From IMG/VR virus record IMGVR_UViG_3300032138_000942, positions 1-64,000 of that record: a stretch of 64,000 nucleotides of DNA; one strand, given 5' to 3'. Every line of letters starts with the position of its first letter. The stretch's first letter is position 1. Source of the DNA: a virus (lineage: Duplodnaviria > Caudoviricetes). The notes beneath the pieces are model-generated. The model was not told the DNA's origin, did no database searches, and saw nothing but the letters and a program-made list of their open reading frames with translations. Positions 7,745-17,380 of the stretch are shown piece after piece. The position numbers and the translations under genes were made by a program.

Positions 7745-9016
7745 GTGACAAAGAAAATTAAAGTTCTAACTCTGAGTGATCACCCGATGTCCCCCTCGGG
7801 AGTTGGAACTCAAACTAAATATATGATCGAAGCCCTACTTGGAACAGGAGAGTTTCAGGTTTATTCTTTTGGAGGGGCGATTGCTCATGAAAACTACGAT
7901 GCCACAGCCGTGGATGGTTATGGGAACGATTGGATTATCCAACCAGTCGACGGTTATGGGAACAAGAATCAGATTAGAGAATTCCTTCATCGTTGGAAAC
8001 CCGACATCATATGGTTTATGACTGATCCCCGCTTTTATCCCTGGTTATGGGATATTGAAAATGAGGTAAGGAGCCACACTCCGATGGTTTATTATCACGT
8101 CTGGGACAATTACCCACCCCCTCAGTTCAACCGAAATTTCTATTTGTCTACTGATTTCGTCGCCACTATTTCGAAGGTTACAGACGATATCGTCAAAACA
8201 GTGGCTCCTGAAGTAGAAAGTATGTATATTCCCCATGCTGTATCCGACGATGTGTTCAAGAAGCTTGATGAGGAAAAGGTTAAGGAATATAAGGAGAACA
8301 CTTTACCTCCCAACTCTCGAGACAAATTTATCTTTTTTTGGAACAACAGAAACGCCAAACGAAAAATGTCAGGCTCGATTCTTTATTGGTTTAACGACTT
8401 TTTACATGAGGTGGGCCACGATAAGGCAATGTTAATTATGCATACAGACCCGAAGGATCCTCATGGTCAAGACCTCCAGGCGATTATTGGTCATCTTGGC
8501 CTGTCCGACCCCTCTCACGGCAACGTCTTGTTGTCTGTGGACAAATACCCTTCCGAGGTATTGGCTCAAATTTATAATTTGGCGGATTGCACAATAAACA
8601 TTTCGGATGCTGAAGGTTTTGGTCTCGCCACTTTAGAATCTCTCTCTTGTGAGACCCCTATTCTTGTGAATATGACGGGCGGCCTCCAAGAGCAGGTCAC
8701 TGATGGGGAAAATTGGTTCGGAATTGGAATAGAACCAGCTTCCAAAGCGATAATTGGCTCTCAGGACGTCCCGTGGATTTATGAAGATCGAGTCGCCAAA
8801 GAAGACTTTATTAATGCTTTGAAAGCCATGCTTGAGATGCCTCCCGAGGAGAGGGAGGCCATGGGCAAGCTTGGTCGAGCCCATGTTGAAAAGAATTATA
8901 GCTTTAACAAATTTTGTGACACCTGGAAGGTGGTTATGAAGGACATTCATGAAAGGCTTGGTTCATGGGATACTCGAAAAGGTTACGATACTTGGCACTT
9001 AAAGGAGATGGAATGA
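7745..9016 (+). CDS. GT4-like (GT-B) glycosyltransferase
   Basis: SGVG N-terminal loop, RNxxRK, EGFGLxxLE motif. Confidence 0.9.
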   Translation: MTKKIKVLTLSDHPMSPSGVGTQTKYMIEALLGTGEFQVYSFGGAIAHENYDATAVDGYGNDWIIQPVDGYGNKNQIREFLHRWKPDIIWFMTDPRFYPWLWDIENEVRSHTPMVYYHVWDNYPPPQFNRNFYLSTDFVATISKVTDDIVKTVAPEVESMYIPHAVSDDVFKKLDEEKVKEYKENTLPPNSRDKFIFFWNNRNAKRKMSGSILYWFNDFLHEVGHDKAMLIMHTDPKDPHGQDLQAIIGHLGLSDPSHGNVLLSVDKYPSEVLAQIYNLADCTINISDAEGFGLATLESLSCETPILVNMTGGLQEQVTDGENWFGIGIEPASKAIIGSQDVPWIYEDRVAKEDFINALKAMLEMPPEEREAMGKLGRAHVEKNYSFNKFCDTWKVVMKDIHERLGSWDTRKGYDTWHLKEME

Positions 9017-10263
9017 GAAAAAAAGTATTAATTAAAGCCCCGCTTTTGAGCATGTCGGGATATGGAGTTCAAGCCAGATTTGCTTTAAATTGCTTGAAGA
9101 GCCGTGAAGATGTGTTTGACATTTATGCCCTCAACATTCCGTGGGGAGACACCGGCTGTATTACAGAGGAGACAGCTGAGAAGAAGCATATTGACTTTTT
9201 GCTCCACAAAACAGTTGCCCATGTTCAAGAGGGGGGAACCTTTGATGTATCTGTTCAGGTCACCATCCCATCCGAATTTGAGCGTATCGCCCCTTATAAT
9301 ATCGGATATACAGCAGGCGCTGAAACTAGTTTGATATCAGGGCCATGGCTTCAGAAAATTAACACTATGGATCGGATTATCACAACCTCTGAGCACACTA
9401 AGAACAGCATTATCAGCACCGTGTATAATGTTAACGACACGACAACAGGGCAATATAAGGGTGAGCTATCTGCTCGACCTCCCGTCGAAGCTGTAAATTA
9501 CGCTGTAAGAGATATTGAGCCCCAAGAACTGGATCTTGATTTTTCCACTCCCTTTAATTTCTTAGTGGTGGCCCAGTGGTGTGTGAGGAAAAATATGGAA
9601 AACACAATCGCCTGGTTCGTCGAAGAATTTAAATTAAATGGAGATGTGGGGCTCGTCCTCAAGATTAACACTGTTAAAAACTCCCTGATGGACCGAGAAT
9701 ATACGACGGCTCGACTTCAGGGCTGGTTGAACACTCTAGGCCCCCGAGACTGTAAAGTCTATCTTTTACACGGTGATTTGAAAGAGGGTCAATTAACGAC
9801 CCTTTATAATCACAAGAAGATCAAGGCGCTGGTCAGCTTAGCTCATGGAGAAGGTTTTGGCCTTCCGATTTTCGAAGCGGCGTATAATGGCCTTCCGATT
9901 GTGGCGCCCGCCTGGAGCGGCCACGTTGACTTTCTAAATGCACCAGAAAGGGGAAAACTAAAGCCCCATTATAATATTGTGAGCCATCAGTTAGATAAGA
10001 TCCAACCCGAGGCGGTGTGGAAAGGGGTCTTAGAGGCCGATTCTCAATGGTGTTACCCTCAGAAAAATTCTTATCGAAACGCCCTTCGGTCTGTTATGAA
10101 TGACTACGGAGCGGTGAAAAAGAAAGCCAAGAAGTTACAAAAGTATGTTTTAAAGAACTGGTCACCCGAGGTTATTCATAAACAATTTGTTGATGCCATG
10201 GGCGTGGACTTGACTGTCACAGAAGGCGAGTCTTCGAATGAGGACGTTGTAGTTTTTGATTGA
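9013..10263 (+). CDS. GT4-like (GT-B) glycosyltransferase
   Basis: SGYG, RKN, GEGFGLPIFEA; start set at the ATGA overlap (9013). Confidence 0.9.
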   Translation: MRKKVLIKAPLLSMSGYGVQARFALNCLKSREDVFDIYALNIPWGDTGCITEETAEKKHIDFLLHKTVAHVQEGGTFDVSVQVTIPSEFERIAPYNIGYTAGAETSLISGPWLQKINTMDRIITTSEHTKNSIISTVYNVNDTTTGQYKGELSARPPVEAVNYAVRDIEPQELDLDFSTPFNFLVVAQWCVRKNMENTIAWFVEEFKLNGDVGLVLKINTVKNSLMDREYTTARLQGWLNTLGPRDCKVYLLHGDLKEGQLTTLYNHKKIKALVSLAHGEGFGLPIFEAAYNGLPIVAPAWSGHVDFLNAPERGKLKPHYNIVSHQLDKIQPEAVWKGVLEADSQWCYPQKNSYRNALRSVMNDYGAVKKKAKKLQKYVLKNWSPEVIHKQFVDAMGVDLTVTEGESSNEDVVVFD

Positions 10264-11894
10264 TGAGAGATATAGTCTGGATAGCTGATTTTTCCGTTCA
10301 GGAGATTAGAGGGGGAGGAGAGATCGTCGACGCCCATCTCATGGATCTCCTGAGCCAAAATGGTTATAACGTTTTATTTGCCAAGGCTTCGACTGTTCAG
10401 CCAAATCAGGTCAAGGCCAATTTAGATAAGCTTTATATTGTTTCCAACTTTGTTTCGTTAAGAGAGGAAGCCAAAAAGATTTTGGAGCAAGCGGATTATT
10501 ATATTGTCGAACACGACCATAAATATCTGAGAACCAGAGACCCTTCTCCCTTTCCCGATTATAAAGCCCCACTTAATCAAATAATCAACAAATCGTTTTA
10601 TAAAAAGGCTAAAAAGGTGTTTTGTCAAAGCACCAAGCACGGCGAAGTGGCGATGAAAAACCTGGGTTTATCAAATATTGTTTCTTTCGGTTGTACCTTC
10701 TGGAGCCATGAAGAAAAGGAGGCTCTCAAAGAAGGAACTACAGCCGAGAAATCCGAGAAAGTGGGAGTATTAGAGAGTCAAAATTCAGTCAAAGGCCAAT
10801 TACAATCGGAAATCTATTGTCGAGACAATCAACTAGATTATGAGTTATTCTCAGATCCTGATTATCACAAATTCATAAACAAATTGGCCACTTATCAGAA
10901 ACTCGTGTTCTTTCCTCAAGTTTTTGAAACATTTAGTCGACTAGCAGTTGAGGCTCGAATCCTAAATTGTGAGCTAGTTGGAAATAAGAACATAAGTGCC
11001 GCTTACGAGCCGTGGTTTAAGCTAAAGGGTCTAGACCTTCTAGAAGCTGTTAACGAGCACCAGACGAACGCTGAGGCCCTTTTTATCGATACAATTGGGG
11101 AATTGACCCAAGATGATCGAGAAGTAGCTGATATTACAGTGATTTTGAACATGTATCGCCGCCCCAGCAATATGCCAATGCAGATTAAAGCGATCAAAGA
11201 ACAAACCGTCAAACCTAAACAAGTTTGGACGTGGATAAACGCTCACGAAGACAACGAAAATTTTAATAGAGACAGTCTTGATGTAGACCGAATTTTTGAT
11301 AATGATCACAATTGGAAGTTTTATGGGCGCTTTGCCGCTGCTCTTTTAGCCGATACTGAATACGTGGTTGTGTTTGATGACGACACAATTCCCGGTAACC
11401 GATGGTTCGAAAATTGCCTGAATACCATGAAAACTCACGAAGGAATGTTAGGAACTCACGGTCTCACACAGGTGGACGAACATTCTTGGTCTGTTAAACG
11501 CTCTGGCTGGCCAAGCAAAAACGAAGATGTTGAAAGAGTTGATTATGTCGGCCATTGTTGGTTCTTTAAAAGAGAGTGGTTACAATATTTATGGAAAGAA
11601 AAACCGCCAATGTGGGGTAATGGGGAGGATATGAATTTCTCTTATGCTATACAAAGATATGCCGGATTACAGACATATGTTCCTCCTCACCCAGAAGATG
11701 AACCCGCCCTACATGGCTCCCTTTTGGGTTATGAATTGGGAGTTGATAGTAAAGCCACTTCTAACAACAATGCTCACAAAACTCACCAAATGTTTTTTAC
11801 CGAAAGAGACATGTGTGTAAATTATGCTCTTAAAAATGGGTGGAAGACGGTGTATAATATTAAAATTAAAGGAGAAAAAAATGATTTGGAATGA
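10263..11894 (+). CDS. two-domain glycosyltransferase (GT-B-like N-half, GT-A C-half)
   Basis: GGGE and ETFSRLAVEA in the N-half; ITVILNMYRR, FDDD, GED in the C-half. Confidence 0.75.
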   Translation: MRDIVWIADFSVQEIRGGGEIVDAHLMDLLSQNGYNVLFAKASTVQPNQVKANLDKLYIVSNFVSLREEAKKILEQADYYIVEHDHKYLRTRDPSPFPDYKAPLNQIINKSFYKKAKKVFCQSTKHGEVAMKNLGLSNIVSFGCTFWSHEEKEALKEGTTAEKSEKVGVLESQNSVKGQLQSEIYCRDNQLDYELFSDPDYHKFINKLATYQKLVFFPQVFETFSRLAVEARILNCELVGNKNISAAYEPWFKLKGLDLLEAVNEHQTNAEALFIDTIGELTQDDREVADITVILNMYRRPSNMPMQIKAIKEQTVKPKQVWTWINAHEDNENFNRDSLDVDRIFDNDHNWKFYGRFAAALLADTEYVVVFDDDTIPGNRWFENCLNTMKTHEGMLGTHGLTQVDEHSWSVKRSGWPSKNEDVERVDYVGHCWFFKREWLQYLWKEKPPMWGNGEDMNFSYAIQRYAGLQTYVPPHPEDEPALHGSLLGYELGVDSKATSNNNAHKTHQMFFTERDMCVNYALKNGWKTVYNIKIKGEKNDLE

Positions 11895-12435
11895 AATAGT
11901 TTGTCTTGGAGATAGTTTAACATATGGGGCTAGAGATAGGTTTGGCCGCTCTTATCCCGCCGAGTTGGGAAAGATTCTTTCTGAAAAAACAGGTGAATTT
12001 TATATTTGTCACAATTATGGGATAAATGGAGAAACTAGCTCTGATTTGCTAAGGAGAACCTGGAATATATTAAAGGGGAATAAGAGCGCCAAAATATGTT
12101 GCCTAATGATCGGAACCAATGATACAAAGAATCCAACCCCTCTTTCGATTTATAATGATAACCTCAAACAAATAATTAACTCTATAAGGGCAAACGGGAT
12201 GACGCCTGTTGTTTCAACGTTACCAGAACTAGAGTTTTCTCCATATTATCAAAGGAATAGAGGATATATTGAACTCTATAATTCAGAAATAGTCAGGCTC
12301 TCAATTGAGCTTAGCTTTGATATATGTAAAATGTCCAACATGGCCGATCTCTTGATCGACGGCGTTCATTTTGACCACGAGGGTTATGTTGAAATTGCCA
12401 AAAGATTTTCTAAATCAATTTTGGAACTAAAATGA
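11881..12435 (+). CDS. SGNH/GDSL hydrolase (acetylesterase or O-acetyltransferase)
   Basis: GDSLT, GING, GTND, DGVH. Confidence 0.9.
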   Translation: MIWNEIVCLGDSLTYGARDRFGRSYPAELGKILSEKTGEFYICHNYGINGETSSDLLRRTWNILKGNKSAKICCLMIGTNDTKNPTPLSIYNDNLKQIINSIRANGMTPVVSTLPELEFSPYYQRNRGYIELYNSEIVRLSIELSFDICKMSNMADLLIDGVHFDHEGYVEIAKRFSKSILELK

Positions 12436-13193
12436 GAGTTGGGGTAATTGGGAATACATTGTTAACTTCGAAGTGTGTGGATCTAATAATATCTGAGGGG
12501 CACACCATTGATTACGTTTTCGGATTATCAAAGGATAAACTCACAGGCAAGGCAAATAGTTGTTTGGAGTTAAAAAGTAAGTGTGAGAGAAGAAATATAT
12601 CTTTTATAGATTCTGGGGATTGGGAGGACATTGTTGATCGAAATGTAGAGGTCGTAATAGAGATGGGGGATTCTAGAATTGTGCCGGAATCTTTTCTCAA
12701 TAAAAACAAGGTTATAGGAAATCATGGCGCTTTATTACCTTATATTAAAGGGGGGGCGTCTTTAACCTGGGGAAGGATGCTAGGGACGGGCGAATGGGGC
12801 GTTTCTATATTTGAACTAACCGACGAGTTAGATAATGGCGACATAATCAAGACAAAAAAAGTAAAATATACACCAGAAAACACCACAATGGAAGAATTTG
12901 TTGAAATTTGTGACCAAGCCACAGTTGATTGTTTAAAGGATTTTTTACAAGGAAATTACAGTCCCACTGGGAACCGGCAATGGCGAGTTAAAGTTAGGAA
13001 ACACGTTGATTCACACAAAGGTGCCTCGATATTAGACAGGTGCGTGGAGAATAATATTGTTGTTTATATGCCAACGAGAAACACTATAGACTCAGAACTT
13101 AAAGAAAAATGGCCGCAGGATTTTAAAAACAATTTTAAGAAAGCAAATAACTCACCATATCCAAAATGGTATGAAAAAGGAGAAAAATCATGA
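12432..13193 (+). CDS. N10-formyl-THF-dependent formyltransferase family protein (sugar N-formyltransferase-like)
   Basis: HGALLPYIKGGAS..W, GVS, LDNGDII. Confidence 0.75.
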   Translation: MRVGVIGNTLLTSKCVDLIISEGHTIDYVFGLSKDKLTGKANSCLELKSKCERRNISFIDSGDWEDIVDRNVEVVIEMGDSRIVPESFLNKNKVIGNHGALLPYIKGGASLTWGRMLGTGEWGVSIFELTDELDNGDIIKTKKVKYTPENTTMEEFVEICDQATVDCLKDFLQGNYSPTGNRQWRVKVRKHVDSHKGASILDRCVENNIVVYMPTRNTIDSELKEKWPQDFKNNFKKANNSPYPKWYEKGEKS

Positions 13194-14212
13194 TCTTACT
13201 TTGTTATGGAACAAGGCCAGAATATATTAAAATGGCGCCCATGATTGTGGCACTTGAGGACTCTGGAATAGAATTTAAAGTTTTGTTTACAGGCCAACAT
13301 CTAGATCTTTTACCCAGTCAGGCAACTGAAAAAGTAGATTATACTGTAACCATTAACCCCGGAACGAATCGTTTGGATAGTATTGTTAGTACCGTCATGA
13401 ATATGAAAGACGTGTGGGAAGAGAGTTACGATTTTGTTTTGGTACAGGGAGATACAACATCTTCCTTTGCGTGTGCTTTAGCCTCATTTCACAGAAACAT
13501 TCCTGTTGTACACCTGGAAGCGGGTTTGAGAACTTACGATAACCACAACCCATATCCAGAAGAGTTTAATAGACAGGCTATATCACGGCTCGCCTCTGTA
13601 CACCTTTGCCCTACAAATTTCGATGCTCACAACTTGAAAAGTGAAAGCGTTCAGGGAAACATTTACATTGTTGGCAATACAGTGTTGGACAATTTAAGAA
13701 CTAAAAATATGCCAATTGGTTGGAATAACAGAGTTATTGTAACAATGCACCGCCGAGAAAACCATGAGATAATTCCAGAATGGTTTGAACAACTTAATAG
13801 AATAGCTAAGGCATTTGATGAACTTGAATTTGTTTATTATGCCCACCCTAACCCAAATGTTCAACAGCACCTTCATTTGTTGGAGAGTGTAAAGGTTGAA
13901 AACGCACTAGATTACGACTCCTTTATCGCTGAAGTCTCGAAATGTAGATTCATAATAACTGACTCAGGTGGTCTCCAAGAAGAGTCTGCTTTTTTGAGAA
14001 AAAAGAGCGTAGTTTGCAGAAAAAAAACAGAAAGAATGTCGGGAATTGGCACTTTTTCAACTTTATGCTTCAATCCTATCGATTTGTATGGTATAGTGAA
14101 TGAGGTGGAAAAAACACATCGAGTACCAGACGAATGGTCGTGCCCATATGGCGATGGTAATACTTCCGCCGCAATAGTCAGTATACTTACGAGCTTTGAG
14201 AAGAATGAGTAA
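13190..14212 (+). CDS. wecB: UDP-N-acetylglucosamine 2-epimerase (non-hydrolysing)
   Basis: GTRPE, TGQH, QGDT, HLEAGLR, PYPEExNR, HRREN, DSGGLQEE, PYGDG. Confidence 0.95.
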   Translation: MILLCYGTRPEYIKMAPMIVALEDSGIEFKVLFTGQHLDLLPSQATEKVDYTVTINPGTNRLDSIVSTVMNMKDVWEESYDFVLVQGDTTSSFACALASFHRNIPVVHLEAGLRTYDNHNPYPEEFNRQAISRLASVHLCPTNFDAHNLKSESVQGNIYIVGNTVLDNLRTKNMPIGWNNRVIVTMHRRENHEIIPEWFEQLNRIAKAFDELEFVYYAHPNPNVQQHLHLLESVKVENALDYDSFIAEVSKCRFIITDSGGLQEESAFLRKKSVVCRKKTERMSGIGTFSTLCFNPIDLYGIVNEVEKTHRVPDEWSCPYGDGNTSAAIVSILTSFEKNE

Positions 14213-14987
14213 AGGTTTTAAAGAAGATTTTTTTGAAATATTAGGAAAACTAAAGAAAGGCGAACATTTTGCCTTCACCAGATTCTCTGATGGCGAAACC
14301 TGTATTATGAGAAACGAGAAGCTAGTTCTTGGAAGCGAACAGGTCCAAGTGGGTGAAACCATTCATGATTTTGGATATTCAGAGGACGATCACAAAGAGT
14401 TTATTCCCGAAGAACACGCTTTTGTCCGAGAAGCTTTGATTGATTCATTTAAATTTAAAAAAAAGAATTACTTCGTGGGGGCTGGCTGTGGAAACTGTAC
14501 TTGTTTGATCCGAGAAGATATCCCAATGTTAAAGGAATTACGCCCTGGCGATGAAGAGCACTGGACGAGCCCTAACCTTCTGGTGAATTCGAATTATCCT
14601 TTATTCCTCAACCACTTCTTACCTCAATTTAAGAAAAACAAGGTCGTCATGATCTGTAGCAAAGACGCTAGTTTTGACAAGCTTCCTTTTGAAGTGACCA
14701 AAGATTTCCGAGTGGGAAGAAATTGTATTGTTAACGACCATCAATTAGAAGGGGAAATAAGAACATGGATGGAAAAGAACCAGATTAAGAATCATGTTTT
14801 CTTGTTTTCCGCGAGTAGTTTAAGTGAGATCCTGATTCATAAATTGTTCGAACACGATGATGAAAACACATATATTGATATTGGAACAACTCTTCATTGG
14901 CACCTGAACCTGGGCATCGAGAGGGATTACCTCCGAGGATATTGGAATAATATCCCATTCCCCGATTTATACAAGGACTGTAACTAA
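14205..14987 (+). CDS. GT-D-fold-like (DUF1792-related) putative glycosyltransferase
   Basis: RFSDGE near the N-terminus and YIDIG near the C-terminus, matching the RxGDGE...IDIG pattern. Confidence 0.55.
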   Translation: MSKGFKEDFFEILGKLKKGEHFAFTRFSDGETCIMRNEKLVLGSEQVQVGETIHDFGYSEDDHKEFIPEEHAFVREALIDSFKFKKKNYFVGAGCGNCTCLIREDIPMLKELRPGDEEHWTSPNLLVNSNYPLFLNHFLPQFKKNKVVMICSKDASFDKLPFEVTKDFRVGRNCIVNDHQLEGEIRTWMEKNQIKNHVFLFSASSLSEILIHKLFEHDDENTYIDIGTTLHWHLNLGIERDYLRGYWNNIPFPDLYKDCN

Positions 14988-15382
14988 TGAAGCTTGTCAG
15001 AAATAATTTTAAATATTGGGAGTTTATCAGACAATTGAGAAATGATGAAGAGGTCAAAGAAGGGTTTGTCCAACAGTCTCATATTACTAAACTCCAGCAC
15101 CTAAAGTTCATGCTTAAGCATGGGAAAAACTATTATATCTGTTTAAGTGAAAACAATTACACTCCTTTGGGGTTTGTGGGCCAAATTAACGGTGATATTC
15201 GTGTGGCTGCCCATCCAGAACATCAGGGAAAAGGCGTTGGTAAGTTTATGATAAATGAGCTAATGAAAAAATACCCACAGAGCTTTGCAAAGGTAAAGTT
15301 GGATAATGAAGCCAGTATAAAGTTATTTGAATCTTGTGGGTTTAAAAAGAAATACTATATTTTGGAGAAAGATGCTTCATAA
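14987..15382 (+). CDS. GNAT N-acetyltransferase (PseH-like)
   Basis: LRND.EV, HPEHQGKGVG, NxASxxLFxxxGF. Confidence 0.85.
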   Translation: MKLVRNNFKYWEFIRQLRNDEEVKEGFVQQSHITKLQHLKFMLKHGKNYYICLSENNYTPLGFVGQINGDIRVAAHPEHQGKGVGKFMINELMKKYPQSFAKVKLDNEASIKLFESCGFKKKYYILEKDAS

Positions 15383-15995
15383 CCCTTATAAGATAGTCAA
15401 AATGTTTGAAGAAGAAATGGCACACTATACGGGCGCCCCTTATGCTGTTTCCGTCAATAGTTGTACGAACGCTTTATTTCTCGCTTGCAAATATGAAAAG
15501 GTCGAGGGCAAAGAAGTCATCATTCCGAAACGAACGTATTTGTCCCCACCCCAGTCCATTTTACAAGCCGGTGGAAAATTGGTGTTTGAGGATGTTAAGT
15601 GGCAAGGAATTTATCAATTTAAACCCTTCCCGATATATGATGCTGCCAAACGTTTAACCTCTGGAATGTATATTCCTGGGACCCACATGTGTCTTTCTTT
15701 TCATATTAAGAAGCACTTAAAGATCGGAAAGGGCGGAATGATTTTGACAGATAACTTAGAAGCTGTTGAATACTTTCGGAAAGCACGATATGAGGGAAGA
15801 GGAGAGGTTAAATATCACGAGGATATAATAGACGAAGAGGGTTGGAATATGTATATGACACCAGAGCAGGCAGCAAGAGGGCTTATGCTAATACAGAATT
15901 ACCCCGAACACATGCCGGATATTCCAGAGGACCCTCCCTATAGAGACCTCACTGAATTTGAAATATTTAAGGAGATTGAAATCAGATGCCCATAA
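15372..15995 (+). CDS. short DegT/DnrJ/EryC1/StrS PLP sugar aminotransferase
   Basis: FEEE.A.Y.GA.YAV.VNSCTNAL, DAA, SFHxKKHL..GKGG. Confidence 0.85.
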   Translation: MLHNPYKIVKMFEEEMAHYTGAPYAVSVNSCTNALFLACKYEKVEGKEVIIPKRTYLSPPQSILQAGGKLVFEDVKWQGIYQFKPFPIYDAAKRLTSGMYIPGTHMCLSFHIKKHLKIGKGGMILTDNLEAVEYFRKARYEGRGEVKYHEDIIDEEGWNMYMTPEQAARGLMLIQNYPEHMPDIPEDPPYRDLTEFEIFKEIEIRCP

Positions 15996-16735
15996 ACCTA
16001 GATCATATAGATCTCACAAAAATAAACAAAAGCAACATCAAAGTTGATGTTGGCTTAGCCATTGATGCCCCTCATTCTGCCCACTGGTTGTTAACGGAGC
16101 CCCGTTCTTTAGTTATTGGGATAGAGCCAAATCCAGGAAATGTAGAAATACTCAGAAGAGGTCGTGCTGCCCCCGAATTAGATTTCCCATATTTAATAAT
16201 GGATGAAAACGCCATTTGTAAGCAGGGGGTAAAAATAGGAAATTATGACCCTTCACGACTTGTACTTATCGAGGGGGCTGTGGACAATGTGGGGAATACA
16301 CCAACCACGATGGATTTTTATTGTACTGCTGCTTCTAACAGCGGCTGCTCGAGTCTCCTCAAGCCCACCGAAAAACTGCCTCACAAAGTCGAAAGCAAAA
16401 TTGAGGTGGATGTTTACTCATTAGAATACATTTTTGACCAATTGGGCTTTCAAGATGTGGAGGTTATCCCGTTCGTGAAAACAGACACTCAGGGAAAAGA
16501 CTTTGATGTTGTAAAGAGTTTGGGGAAGTATCTTCCCCGAGTGTTAGCACTAAAGTGTGAACACAATGTACTCGACGACTATGAAAACCCCAATTCCTCA
16601 GAGGAATTTTTTGAATATATGTCTCAGAACGGATTTCAGCAGGTTTCCAATAACGGCTGGGATGCTCACTTCTTTAACCGCCGCTATAAAATAACGGGAG
16701 GAGGGACTCCCTTTAACTTGCCACATGGAGTATAA
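15986..16735 (+). CDS. FkbM-family methyltransferase
   Basis: VDVG, GIEPNP, SSLL, KTDTQGxDxxV. Confidence 0.8.
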   Translation: MPINLDHIDLTKINKSNIKVDVGLAIDAPHSAHWLLTEPRSLVIGIEPNPGNVEILRRGRAAPELDFPYLIMDENAICKQGVKIGNYDPSRLVLIEGAVDNVGNTPTTMDFYCTAASNSGCSSLLKPTEKLPHKVESKIEVDVYSLEYIFDQLGFQDVEVIPFVKTDTQGKDFDVVKSLGKYLPRVLALKCEHNVLDDYENPNSSEEFFEYMSQNGFQQVSNNGWDAHFFNRRYKITGGGTPFNLPHGV

Positions 16736-16738
16736 AAA

Positions 16739-17371
16739 ATGAATGAACCTAATTTTATCATTGACATGGGGACCAGAAGAACCTTAGTTGAGAGCTTAAG
16801 TTCGCCCCAATTTAAAATTGGTGTTGAAGTCGGTGTCCGAACCGGATGGTTCAGCAAATACATATTAGACCACACACAGATGAAGGTCTATGCTGTTGAT
16901 CCATGGGAAGATAATGACGAATTGGTAGATGCGGAGCATGTCTACGACTCCTGTAAAAAAAGACTTCGGTCCTATAAACACAGGGTGAAACTAATAAAAG
17001 GATGGAGCCCCCAAGAGGCAGCTAGATTCAAAGATGGCGAAGTTGACTTTGTATATATTGACGCTCTTCATGATTATGAATCGGTTAAGAAAGATATAGA
17101 AGGTTGGTGGCCCAAGATCCGACCAGGCGGCGTCATTTCTGGTCATGACTTTAATAGAATAAAGTGGCCCGGAGTTGTAAAGGCCGTGGAAGAATTTTGT
17201 GAAAAAAACCGTGTTCCCTATTTTTTGACCGGTTTTGTTGGAAATGCTGACGCTTCCAGAACCGGAGACTCGGATGAATATGACGGAGATGAACAAAGCT
17301 GGGTAGTGGTAAAGGGAGTGTCCAGGCCGTTCCTGGTGGTAAAGGGAACGATAAAACAAGAAGAGGCGTAA
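16739..17371 (+). CDS. class I SAM methyltransferase (Methyltransf_24-like)
   Basis: VEVGVxxG, VDPW, DFVYIDALHDY, PGGVISGHDF. Confidence 0.88.
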   Translation: MNEPNFIIDMGTRRTLVESLSSPQFKIGVEVGVRTGWFSKYILDHTQMKVYAVDPWEDNDELVDAEHVYDSCKKRLRSYKHRVKLIKGWSPQEAARFKDGEVDFVYIDALHDYESVKKDIEGWWPKIRPGGVISGHDFNRIKWPGVVKAVEEFCEKNRVPYFLTGFVGNADASRTGDSDEYDGDEQSWVVVKGVSRPFLVVKGTIKQEEA

Positions 17372-17380
17372 AAACTTAAT

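Noticed and set aside
9858-9900. Repeat TGGCCTTCCGATT in the second GT4 gene
   Set aside because: Explained by the GLPI...GLPI protein motif of GT4 enzymes.
17306-17347. 12-bp direct repeat GTGGTAAAGGGA at the methyltransferase 3' end
   Set aside because: Only two short copies (VVKG twice); at most a small duplication scar.
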